Assembly: GCF_024700885.2 (NCBI RefSeq)
Contig: NZ_CP117016.1
DNA from: Escherichia coli
GTDB lineage: Bacteria > Pseudomonadota > Gammaproteobacteria > Enterobacterales > Enterobacteriaceae
DNA length: 64,000 bases
Strand: one strand, 5' to 3'
Every line of letters begins with the position of its first letter. The first letter of the stretch is position 1. Positions 28,843-36,498 of the stretch are shown here, piece after piece. The position numbers and the translations under genes were made by a program. Under the pieces are notes generated by a model. It searched no databases. It worked only from the letters and a program-made list of their open reading frames with translations, and was not told the DNA's origin.

Positions 28843-29019
28843 ATGGCTAAACAGAAGTGTACTTGGTTATTTGCGGCGATCAACCGCAGTCAACGCAATG
28901 CCCGTCCTGTGATGTTAAGGATCACCGCAGATAACGAGCGGTCAGCGCGGCGCAGACTTGCCCCGGACTATGTACTGAGCTTTGCCGGGCGCATTCCCTG
29001 CGGAGGTGAACATGCGTAA
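28843..29019 (+). CDS. Icd-like host cell-division inhibitor family small protein
   Basis: 58-aa ORF translated by hand: MAKQKCTWLFAAINRSQRNARPVMLRITADNERSARRRLAPDYVLSFAGRIPCGGEHA; resembles remembered Icd-like proteins of P4-type elements (..ARP..L.v.A..E..ARR.La....LSFAaRlPv). Confidence 0.6.
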   Translation: MAKQKCTWLFAAINRSQRNARPVMLRITADNERSARRRLAPDYVLSFAGRIPCGGEHA

Positions 29020-29371
29020 TTATCCGCACCCCGGCGAACGCTGGCAGCATGAACGTGGCTGGACGGTCACGATTATCCGATTAATAGAAGCATCGCCCTC
29101 TGTGGCACTGGTTAATCCTGAATTCAGCTGTGAAGTGCTGATACGTCATGACAGCGACAACCAGCTTTCTTCCTGCCCTCTGGCATGGTTTGAACAGCGG
29201 TATACGCGCCTGTTTGATGTACCGCTCTTTAAGCCTGCACCAGCTCCTGCAGGCGGTAGTGGTTCCGGCCCGCTGACACTGCATCCGTCTGTGCTATTTA
29301 TCCGCTGGCGGGAGCGTAGCATATGGCGTTCTGCTGAGCCTGACGACGGTCACTATTCAAAGTTTCTCTGA
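29012..29371 (+). CDS. Hypothetical protein (satellite early operon)
   Basis: ORF 28982-29371; ATG 29012 overlaps the stop of the preceding gene (ATGCGTAA). Confidence 0.55.
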   Translation: MRNYPHPGERWQHERGWTVTIIRLIEASPSVALVNPEFSCEVLIRHDSDNQLSSCPLAWFEQRYTRLFDVPLFKPAPAPAGGSGSGPLTLHPSVLFIRWRERSIWRSAEPDDGHYSKFL

Positions 29372-29402
29372 CAAAATACCGCTGAAAACGGAGTAATCCA
29401 CG

Positions 29403-29687
29403 ATGAATATTTCAAACGGGCACAACGGTGCTCAGGGCCACACTTTGCCTGAAAAACACAATACCGGTGCTTTTGCCTATGGGTTGTCAGAGGACAGTTT
29501 CGGAAAGCTGACCCGCGCAAGAAATGCCTGCGACATGCTCCAGCTTCTCTTTTCTGAATACCCGTCTCAGGCCGGAGCACTGGACGCTGGCTGTGCGCAT
29601 GGTGTCGCCGCGCTGATGGAGTACCTGCTGGCAGATTTGACGGATATTGCACACAGCTGCGCACTGATTGAAGGAGGTGCCAGATGA
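29403..29687 (+). CDS. Hypothetical protein (satellite early operon)
   Basis: 94-aa ORF, same strand and GC style as neighbours; ATGA overlap with the next ORF. Confidence 0.55.
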   Translation: MNISNGHNGAQGHTLPEKHNTGAFAYGLSEDSFGKLTRARNACDMLQLLFSEYPSQAGALDAGCAHGVAALMEYLLADLTDIAHSCALIEGGAR

Positions 29688-30067
29688 ACCAGCCGCAGGT
29701 TTCCATTTTCCCGGCAGAAATGACCACCGCGCTTTACCGGCGGGCTATTGCTTCAGCATGGCGGCAGAAAATGCTGAACGAAACTGGCAGTGATCAGTAT
29801 GGTCCGCACAGCCTGACGGTGGAGCGTATTGAAATGGCCATTGCGCTGCATATCGAGTGCGTACTGATTAACGAGTACGGCGAAGTGCAGGGCGCCGCTG
29901 CCGCGCTGGCACTGCTGACTGACATGCTGGAGCCGTCACTGCTGACCGCGCCGCCGGTACTGACCGCGCGCGGCTGTGAAGTGATGGCGGAGATGTACCG
30001 CACGCTTCCGGCGGCCTTTGATGACTTCTGCAGTACCGGTGTGACGTTGTATGAGGGGGAAGTATGA
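29684..30067 (+). CDS. Hypothetical protein (satellite early operon)
   Basis: 127-aa ORF, ATGA-coupled on both sides. Confidence 0.55.
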   Translation: MNQPQVSIFPAEMTTALYRRAIASAWRQKMLNETGSDQYGPHSLTVERIEMAIALHIECVLINEYGEVQGAAAALALLTDMLEPSLLTAPPVLTARGCEVMAEMYRTLPAAFDDFCSTGVTLYEGEV

Positions 30068-32736
30068 CAATACAGACGGTTACGCAGATTTCAGCCGCCG
30101 CACGGGGGAAATGGCCCGTTATTCTGCAGATGCTGCGTATTGATGTACCTGAAAACGGCAGGCACGGTCCCTGCCCGAAATGTGGGGGCAAGGATCGTTT
30201 TCGCCTTGATGACCTTGACGGGCGCGGGACGTGGATCTGCAGCCAGTGTGGCAATGGTGACGGTCTGGATCTGGTTAAGCTCGTAACCGGTTACAGCGTC
30301 AGAAAGGCTGCGCAGGAGGTGGCGCAGGTGCTTAATGTGCCGAATATGCAGGAACTGCCTGTTAAGCCTGCCAGACAAAAAGCCCCTAAACGCGACATGG
30401 GTCTTACCGTGGCGGCGCTGATGAAAGAGAGCCACACGGGAGAAAGCGCCTATCTGACAGGAAAAGGGTTCGCCGGATACCCGGCCTCTCTGACCGGAAG
30501 CGTGCAGCATATCAGCGGTAAGGATTTCCCTGCCGGTTCCCTGCTGTTACCACTCACGACCAACACCGGAGCCGTGACCGGTGCACAGCTTATCGCCCCG
30601 ACGGGTGAAAAAAGCATACTGCCCGGCAGCACGATGAAAGGCGCGTTTGTGTCGCTCAGCCCGTTACCGTCTGAACCACCGGTACAGGTGGTGATTACCG
30701 AAGGTTACGCTACGGCGCTGACGGTAAGTCAGCTCACTGCCGGATGCGTAGTGGCTGCCATATCTGCGGGCAACCTGCCCAATGTGGCGCAGTCGCTGCG
30801 GGCACGCTGGCCTGAGGTAAAAATTATCATCGCCGGTGATAACGATTTTCAGGACGGAGATGAGAATCCCGGCAGAGCCTTTGCTGAACGGGCGGCAAAA
30901 GCTGTTGGCGGCTGGATGACGCTGCCACCAGGAGAGATTAAGGCTGACTGGAATGACTTTCATCGGGAGCACGGTATTACCCGTGCCCGTGAAGCCTTTC
31001 GCAACGGTCTGGTACTGTGCGGGGAAGGCCGCACGCAACTGCCGCACGGGTTCCGTCTTACCCAGGAATATCTCTGGTATGAAAAGCAGGTACAGCGCAA
31101 CGGTGAGACGGAGATCCAGAACGTCAAAATATGCAGCCCGCTGCGCGTGACGGCAATCACCTGCGATGCCGATGGCGGTAACTTCGGACGACTGCTGGAA
31201 TGGGAAGATACGTGGGGTGAGTGTCGCCGCTGGGCGATGCCGATGGAAATGCTGAGCGGCAGTGGTGAGGAACTGCGCCGGGTACTGCTGGTTAACGGGC
31301 TGTCTTATATCAGCACCACCGGTGAGGCACGCGCACGCCTGATGGAATATATCTCACTGTGTAAACCGGAACGCCGCGTGACCTGCGTCAGTCGTACTGG
31401 CTGGCATGGTCAGGTTTACGTCCTGCAGGATGAGGTCAGCGGTGAAGGTGCAGAGGGTGTCATTCTCCAGACCACTTCCGTGCAGGGGCGTGATTTCCGC
31501 GTGTCGGGCACAACAGAGGAATGGCGGGAGCATGTATCCCGCTACTGTACCGGCAACTCCCGCGTGGCATTTGCTGTCAGCCTGGCCTTTGCTGCACCAC
31601 TGTTACGGCTGGTTGGTATGGACGGCGGCGGCTACCACCTCAAAGGGGAATCGACAGACGGTAAGACCACCACCATGAAAGCGGCAACCTCCGTCTGCGG
31701 CGGGCCTGACTACTGGCAGACATGGCGGGCCACCGGCAACGCGCTGGAGGGATGCGCCAGCCGCCGCAACGATGCCGCCATGATGCTTGATGAGATCCGG
31801 GAAGTTGACGGACGCGAGGCAGGCAATATCGCCTACATGCTGGCAAACGGTCAGGGCAAGGGCCGTGCCGGTACGGACGGTGAGCTGCGTACCCGTAAGC
31901 AGTGGCGCCTGTTGTTCTTTTCAACTGGCGAGTTGTCTCTGACCGAACATGCGGCAAAGGCCGGTGAGCGTACTTTTGCCGGGATGGAAGTCAGGATGAT
32001 CCAGATCCCCAGCGATTCCGGGAAGTTTGGCGTTTTTGAGGAGCTGCACGGCTTCGACAGCGGCAAGGCTCTGGCAGAGCATCTTGAATGGGCCACGTCC
32101 TGCTACTACGGTTCGCCGTTCCGGGAGTGGCTGAAAGCACTGACCGCTGATCTTAACGGACTAACGGCACAGGCAAAATCGCTGATGAAGGAATATGCTG
32201 CCGCCCTGACTCCGAAAGATGCAGGCAATCAGGTGGGCCGGGCTGTGAACCGCTTTGCTCTGGTGGCGATGGCAGGTGAACTGGCAACCCGTCTGGGTAT
32301 CACCGGCTGGCCTGAGGGTGAAGCACTGCGGGCAACCCGCGTCTGCCTGAACGCATGGCTGAAAGATCGCGGGCACACCGCCAATCAGGAAGATATCGCC
32401 GCACTGGAGCAGGTTCGCAGTTTCTTTACCGCGAATCAGTACAGCCGCTTTGCAGACTGGTATGACGAGCGCAACCGCCCCGGCAATATGGTGGGCTGGC
32501 GCAGGGTGGAGAAAGGCAGTACCGCGCAGGGCACGGAAGCTGTCACTACGTTCTATGTCATGCCGTCCGGCTGGAAAGAAATCTGCAGGGGATTTGACCC
32601 GCGCAAGGTGGCGCGTCTGTGCGCAGATCGTGGATACCTGCTGCCCTCCACAGATGGCAAACTCCAGACAACCATTCGCCCGCCAGAGATGAATCCCCGC
32701 AGGCTCTATGTCTTCAACAGCGAGGTGCCTGGTTAA
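30064..32736 (+). CDS. P4 alpha-type bifunctional DNA primase / replicative helicase
   Basis: 890 aa; N-terminal Zn ribbon CPKCGGKDRFRLDD...CSQCG, Toprim-like acidic motif IIIAGDNDFQDGDENPG, helicase Walker A GESTDGKTT. Confidence 0.88.
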   Translation: MTIQTVTQISAAARGKWPVILQMLRIDVPENGRHGPCPKCGGKDRFRLDDLDGRGTWICSQCGNGDGLDLVKLVTGYSVRKAAQEVAQVLNVPNMQELPVKPARQKAPKRDMGLTVAALMKESHTGESAYLTGKGFAGYPASLTGSVQHISGKDFPAGSLLLPLTTNTGAVTGAQLIAPTGEKSILPGSTMKGAFVSLSPLPSEPPVQVVITEGYATALTVSQLTAGCVVAAISAGNLPNVAQSLRARWPEVKIIIAGDNDFQDGDENPGRAFAERAAKAVGGWMTLPPGEIKADWNDFHREHGITRAREAFRNGLVLCGEGRTQLPHGFRLTQEYLWYEKQVQRNGETEIQNVKICSPLRVTAITCDADGGNFGRLLEWEDTWGECRRWAMPMEMLSGSGEELRRVLLVNGLSYISTTGEARARLMEYISLCKPERRVTCVSRTGWHGQVYVLQDEVSGEGAEGVILQTTSVQGRDFRVSGTTEEWREHVSRYCTGNSRVAFAVSLAFAAPLLRLVGMDGGGYHLKGESTDGKTTTMKAATSVCGGPDYWQTWRATGNALEGCASRRNDAAMMLDEIREVDGREAGNIAYMLANGQGKGRAGTDGELRTRKQWRLLFFSTGELSLTEHAAKAGERTFAGMEVRMIQIPSDSGKFGVFEELHGFDSGKALAEHLEWATSCYYGSPFREWLKALTADLNGLTAQAKSLMKEYAAALTPKDAGNQVGRAVNRFALVAMAGELATRLGITGWPEGEALRATRVCLNAWLKDRGHTANQEDIAALEQVRSFFTANQYSRFADWYDERNRPGNMVGWRRVEKGSTAQGTEAVTTFYVMPSGWKEICRGFDPRKVARLCADRGYLLPSTDGKLQTTIRPPEMNPRRLYVFNSEVPG

Positions 32737-32770
32737 GGCTTTGCGTGAGTCTTATTTATTAAGGGTAACA

Positions 32771-32958
32771 GGTGAAACAGGTGGAACAACCGTATTTTAC
32801 AGGGCTGAACCTGTTCCACCTTCTGAAATAGTGAGGTGGAACAGATGTAACGCCAGCCAATCCGCTGTTCCACCTTGTTACCCGCGATGTTCCACCGGTG
32901 CAGTGTATATAAATGCCTTATAAAACAAAGCCGTAACACATGTTTCACCTGTTCCACC
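32771..32958. repeat. Origin-type iteron cluster: 8 copies of GGTGGAACA/TGTTCCACC around an AT-rich core
   Basis: Forward copies at 32771 (variant GGTGAAACA), 32780, 32835; reverse copies at 32812, 32866, 32888, 32941 (variant TGTTTCACC), 32950; AT-rich tatataaatgccttataaaacaaag at about 32905-32929. Confidence 0.75.
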
Positions 32959-33046
32959 GCATCAGGGACATAAAGCAGACTGAAACAGAGGGCATTTTTA
33001 TCTGGCTGGCTTTCATAGCCACGTCTGAATAACCGCAAGCGCCCGT

Positions 33047-33102
33047 TGTGCCAGCCACCACACACTGAACACCGATAGTGTGCTTGTGTCAGCCACGACA
33101 CA
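33047..33102 (+). promoter_or_regulatory. Ogr/Delta-dependent late promoter (two TGT-N12-ACA sites) upstream of sid
   Basis: TGTGCCAGCCACCACACA (33047-33064) and TGTGTCAGCCACGACACA (33085-33102), centres 38 bp apart; sid ATG at 33137 preceded by AGGAG. Confidence 0.65.
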
Positions 33103-33136
33103 ATTGACGTAACGAACCAACCCGACAGGAGAAGTC

Positions 33137-33880
33137 ATGAACAATACCGCAGTAAATAACAACCTTTCCACTTTTCCGGCTGTAACGCAGCGGGCACTGG
33201 AAACCATGAACACAGCCAGAAACGCATGGCTTGAAGCACGTCGTCAGCAGAAAGCGGCAGCGGATAATATTGCGACAATCCGCCAGCGTCGCGCTGAAAT
33301 GGAAGCCACGACGAACACACTGAATGAGGAGTGGCGCACGCTGTTTCGTGAAAGTCAGGGCGTGATCTCAAAGGAAATGAAAAAACTGCGCACGGAAATT
33401 GCGCTGGGACGAGAAACGCTTGAGGATTTTGATGAGCTGCTGGCGGCTCAGGAAAGCGAAAATGCACTTTTGCCGCAGAAAGCTGCAGAATTAGCCGGAA
33501 AGTATATCCACGCGCATAACATTCTTGTGGATATTCGCGCAAAACAAATCTGGGAGGATTTTATGCAGTCGCATGGAAAAGTGCTTATTCAGACGCTGAG
33601 CCTGCTTAAATCCACAATGGGCCGGGAAGCCAGTGCCGTTGTGGGTGTGGTGAATTCAGTTAATGACCCGGACACAGTGCTGAAAGACTTTATTCATAAA
33701 TATATCACCAGACCGGCTCTGGCTAACGATGCGATGCCTGAGCAGGACCCGGTGTTTAAACTGGCGGGAGTTGCCCCGGATTATGCGGCGCGTCTGGATT
33801 TCAGTAATCAACTCTCTCCGGCAGCTATGCATAAAATTAAGGTTCGTCAGGAACTTGCTGAGAAGGAGAAAGCAGTATGA
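33137..33880 (+). CDS. sid: Sid-like capsid size-determination (external scaffold) protein
   Basis: 247 aa; segment EEWRTLFRESQGVISKEMKKLRTEIALGRETLEDFDEL parallels remembered P4 Sid (DDWRTAFRAAGGVLSDELKQRHIE...); size and position fit. Confidence 0.7.
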   Translation: MNNTAVNNNLSTFPAVTQRALETMNTARNAWLEARRQQKAAADNIATIRQRRAEMEATTNTLNEEWRTLFRESQGVISKEMKKLRTEIALGRETLEDFDELLAAQESENALLPQKAAELAGKYIHAHNILVDIRAKQIWEDFMQSHGKVLIQTLSLLKSTMGREASAVVGVVNSVNDPDTVLKDFIHKYITRPALANDAMPEQDPVFKLAGVAPDYAARLDFSNQLSPAAMHKIKVRQELAEKEKAV

Positions 33881-34428
33881 CGGCCCGAGGCACGCCTGAC
33901 CAGGCACTTACCAGTTTTCGGAATGCCCGTATTCTGTGGGCCGGACATAATGAGAGCCGAAAAGCCGTTGAACAACAGATAACATCTCTCCTCGCTGCCA
34001 CAGAAAAACCAGCAGATTATGCCCGACAGCTCGAATTACTGCGGGAACGTCTGGATGTGCTGAAATGGCAAATTAACTGTGCTGCGCGCGAATGCATTTA
34101 CTCGCAGCATTTACTGATGGAGGCCTGCACAGAAGCCGCTCTCAGCAATTTTATGCAGGCGAATGGGGCAGCCCTGACATCTGCACTGGCTCCGTTCCTG
34201 AAGGGGCGCGGAGGGGTTGACGTTGCGTCCCGTATATTACGCAGTGCTCTGGTTCGCCAGCTGGCAATAACACCGCCTGAATTTGCCGGGGATTATCGTG
34301 AGATCCTGGATGAATCCGGTTTGATGCTTGACCCCGGGATGATTCGTGATTGCCAGGGTTCTTACACCCCGGCACAACATCTGCGTTTTCAGCAACGCCT
34401 GAATGACATTAACGATATACAGGAGTGA
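33877..34428 (+). CDS. psu: Psu-like polarity-suppression / capsid decoration protein
   Basis: 183 aa; FMQANGAALTSALAPFLKG parallels remembered P4 Psu FMQQHGTALAAALAPELMG; ATGA-coupled to sid. Confidence 0.7.
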   Translation: MTARGTPDQALTSFRNARILWAGHNESRKAVEQQITSLLAATEKPADYARQLELLRERLDVLKWQINCAARECIYSQHLLMEACTEAALSNFMQANGAALTSALAPFLKGRGGVDVASRILRSALVRQLAITPPEFAGDYREILDESGLMLDPGMIRDCQGSYTPAQHLRFQQRLNDINDIQE

Positions 34429-34433
34429 TATTA

Positions 34434-34706
34434 ATGGCACTTAAATGTCCGGAATGCGGTACAGTTGCACACGCCAGAACAGCAGCCTATGAAGCTCCGT
34501 CAGTTAAACGCTCGTGGTATCAGTGCCAGAATCTGGAATGTTCCTGCACATTTACGGCACTGGAGAGTGTGGATAAGATAATCATGAAACCCCGGCGCAA
34601 TGAACAGGAACCAGACAAATCACAAACCCCGGTAAAACAACAGCAAACGCTCAATCGCTATGGCTCCGCGTCAAAACTGTCAAGCCGTCAGCAGATTCCT
34701 GTCTGA
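34434..34706 (+). CDS. Ogr/Delta-family zinc-finger late transcription activator
   Basis: MALKCPECGTVAHARTAAYEAPSVKRSWYQCQNLECSCTFTALESV: CxxC-N22-CxxxxC Ogr/Delta finger; AGGAG RBS at 34421-34425. Confidence 0.85.
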   Translation: MALKCPECGTVAHARTAAYEAPSVKRSWYQCQNLECSCTFTALESVDKIIMKPRRNEQEPDKSQTPVKQQQTLNRYGSASKLSSRQQIPV

Positions 34707-34727
34707 TTAGAAAAAAAATGCCCACGT

Positions 34728-34754
34728 AATCCCGGTCGAGTACTGGGATTTTTA
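34728..34754 (+). terminator. Rho-independent terminator of the sid-psu-delta late operon
   Basis: aatcccgg tcgagta ctgggatt + ttt (8-bp stem with one G-U, T-run). Confidence 0.65.
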
Positions 34755-34916
34755 ACACCTTACCCCTGGCTGGCCTGAGAGCGCATGAGTGCATGTCTAT
34801 GGCGCATGAAAACGCATGAGTCTCATGCACCATTTTTGACGCGAAAGCCCTTGTGTGGTGGCTTCTGAGACGATTAATGAGGTGCATGAAAACCAGTCTG
34901 TTAAGTGAAGCGGGAA

Positions 34917-34935
34917 GGCGTGCGGGGCTGCGCAC
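34917..34935. other. Candidate P2/P4-type cos (cohesive end) sequence
   Basis: GGCGTGCGGGGCTGCGCAC matches the remembered 19-nt P2/P4 cohesive end GGCGAGGCGGGGAAAGCAC at 12 of 19 positions (both ends conserved); location after psu/delta, as in P4. Confidence 0.35.
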
Positions 34936-35260
34936 GTAGCAGGGTTAAATGGTCAATTCTGGCGCAGCTCACGACATTAAGTCAGCCTCAATAGATGTAC
35001 GTGTTGGTAGGGGTAATTCGCTACTTTTTTGTATCCTAAATTGTATGGTTTGATGCTGATCGTTTCTTCACCGCACCTGCAGAGATATCAATTCAATGTG
35101 GACAAAAATGAGTCTGGCTCTTTCCGTATCACTAGAATTGCCAGTATTGTTAGGGATGATGCCCATATCATACGGAGGGAGCCAGTGGGGGCGATTGCGC
35201 GTGGAAAGTGCTTTGGATTTATTCATCGGTTTTATGATTCTACATAAGGAGCAAAGGTAC

Positions 35261-35289
35261 TTGTATCGTATGAAAAAAAATAGTATAGA
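35261..35289 (+). promoter_or_regulatory. Candidate retron promoter (TTGTAT-17-TATAGA)
   Basis: -35 at 35261-35266, -10 at 35284-35289; places the transcription start at the first base of the a1 repeat (~35295). Confidence 0.45.
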
Positions 35290-35294
35290 TATAA

Positions 35295-35457
35295 TGCTCC
35301 TTACGCGTTATGGCATAGTTATATGCTAGTCGGGCGATTAGCCAGACTCGAACTTATTGAACGGTATTAGGGTTGCGCTTGGTGTGCCTCTGGATTGCAC
35401 TCCATGCTGTCGCGCAATCCAGAGGCACACCAAGCGCTTCCTTTAGGTAAGTGAGTA
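35295..35457 (+). ncRNA. Retron msr-msd non-coding RNA (predicted)
   Basis: a1 TGCTCCTTAC (35295-35304) pairs with a2 GTAAGTGAGTA (35447-35457); G35305 directly 3' of a1 in CTTAC-G-CG context; two short msr hairpins (35311-35328, 35329-35347); 24-bp perfect msd hairpin 35375-35398/35414-35437; immediately upstream of effector and RT genes. Confidence 0.7.
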
Positions 35458-35529
35458 AAAACAGCACCTTCTTCGATTTATGATGAAGGTGCTGCAATCG
35501 TAACGTTTTTTGTATACACGGATAGTATA

Positions 35530-36498
35530 GTGGCTGAGACATACGAAGATAAAGTTGCTAATCATGTTTCAGAGTGGGAAATGGAAAATTTCCGTGTATG
35601 TTATGATGATCAGGTTATTTTCTTATGTGGTGCGGAAGTACTTCCTCAAGGAAGTGTTCAGACTTCAATGAGAGGGCATTTTTATCACTATTGCCTGAAT
35701 AAAAATAAAGATATAGCTGATAAAATAATTCTTGCCGAAAACTTCAAAAAATATCTTCAAAATAATCATTATCCAGACTTAATAACTTTTGAGCATGATG
35801 TTGCAAGTATATCTAGTTTAGTTGTTATTTTCTTGGAAAGCAGTGGTTCAATTGCTGAGTTAGGTGTTTTCTGTAATATTAGTGATGTCAATAAAAAATT
35901 ATTGATATTTGTTCCATCAGATGAAGTTGAAGGTGACAAGAAAGAGTCTTTCATTTACTTAGGGCCTTTATTGTTTTTAAAAGAAAAGGTCAATGAAAAA
36001 GCATTTAAGATTTATCCAAAACCCACTAATGGTTCTGATTACTCCGAGCATTTAGAGATTATGGCTGATGACTTGGCTGAACTATTACCTAGAAGTGGTA
36101 AGTTTGAAAGCTTCGATCCTGACAATTTAGGGCATATAGCTTTTCTTATATGCAGAATTGTGCATTTAGTAATGCCTATTAAGCTAAAGGAAATATTAAA
36201 TTGTTTAAAAATAATAGGTATCAATAAATATACTCTGACTGAGGTTGAAAGAATTTTGTTTTTATTGGAAACATTGGGTTTTATAAATATTTATCCGTAT
36301 GGCGATTTAAAATACTATTATTCAATGCAAGCCAGGCAAAATCTTAAATTAGGGAAAAATAAAACCGGATTCACAATCGATGAGGCTGGTATTTTTACTG
36401 ATATTAGTGTTTTTATCAATGACAATAAATTATGTAGTGATAAAAAAAGACGGCTGGTTTTGAAAGGCATTAAGGAGAAGCATAATGGACATAATTAA
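35530..36498 (+). CDS. Retron effector: nucleoside deoxyribosyltransferase-like N-domain plus C-terminal winged-helix-like domain (St85/Ec73-type layout)
   Basis: 322-aa ORF (GTG start; ATG at 35581 is an alternative); Rossmann-like VIFLCGAE and FLESSGSIAELGVF (candidate catalytic Glu) typical of NDT-like retron effectors; overlaps the RT start by 14 nt. Confidence 0.7.
   Translation: MAETYEDKVANHVSEWEMENFRVCYDDQVIFLCGAEVLPQGSVQTSMRGHFYHYCLNKNKDIADKIILAENFKKYLQNNHYPDLITFEHDVASISSLVVIFLESSGSIAELGVFCNISDVNKKLLIFVPSDEVEGDKKESFIYLGPLLFLKEKVNEKAFKIYPKPTNGSDYSEHLEIMADDLAELLPRSGKFESFDPDNLGHIAFLICRIVHLVMPIKLKEILNCLKIIGINKYTLTEVERILFLLETLGFINIYPYGDLKYYYSMQARQNLKLGKNKTGFTIDEAGIFTDISVFINDNKLCSDKKRRLVLKGIKEKHNGHN

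Noticed and set aside
32771-32958. Possibility that the 9-bp repeats are a CRISPR array
   Set aside because: The repeats are only 9 bp, occur in both orientations and have irregular spacing. They lie directly after a primase-helicase gene, which fits replication iterons and not CRISPR.
35029-35329. 72-aa and 77-aa plus-strand ORFs between cos and the retron
   Set aside because: They have no convincing RBS, overlap each other in different frames and run into the predicted retron promoter and a1. They are more likely non-coding spacer. A hand-translated ~52-aa reverse ORF here is equally unconvincing.
35280-35530. 9-bp direct repeat ATAGTATAG at 35280-35288 and 35522-35530, flanking the msr-msd module
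   Set aside because: It is too short to be significant in AT-rich DNA. It may merely reflect similar -10-like or RBS-proximal sequence. It is noted only in case homologous loci show the ncRNA module as an insertion.
35354-35542. 62-aa reverse-strand ORF across the msd hairpin
   Set aside because: It is open only because the 24-bp inverted repeat reads through in both directions. The ncRNA structure explains it better.
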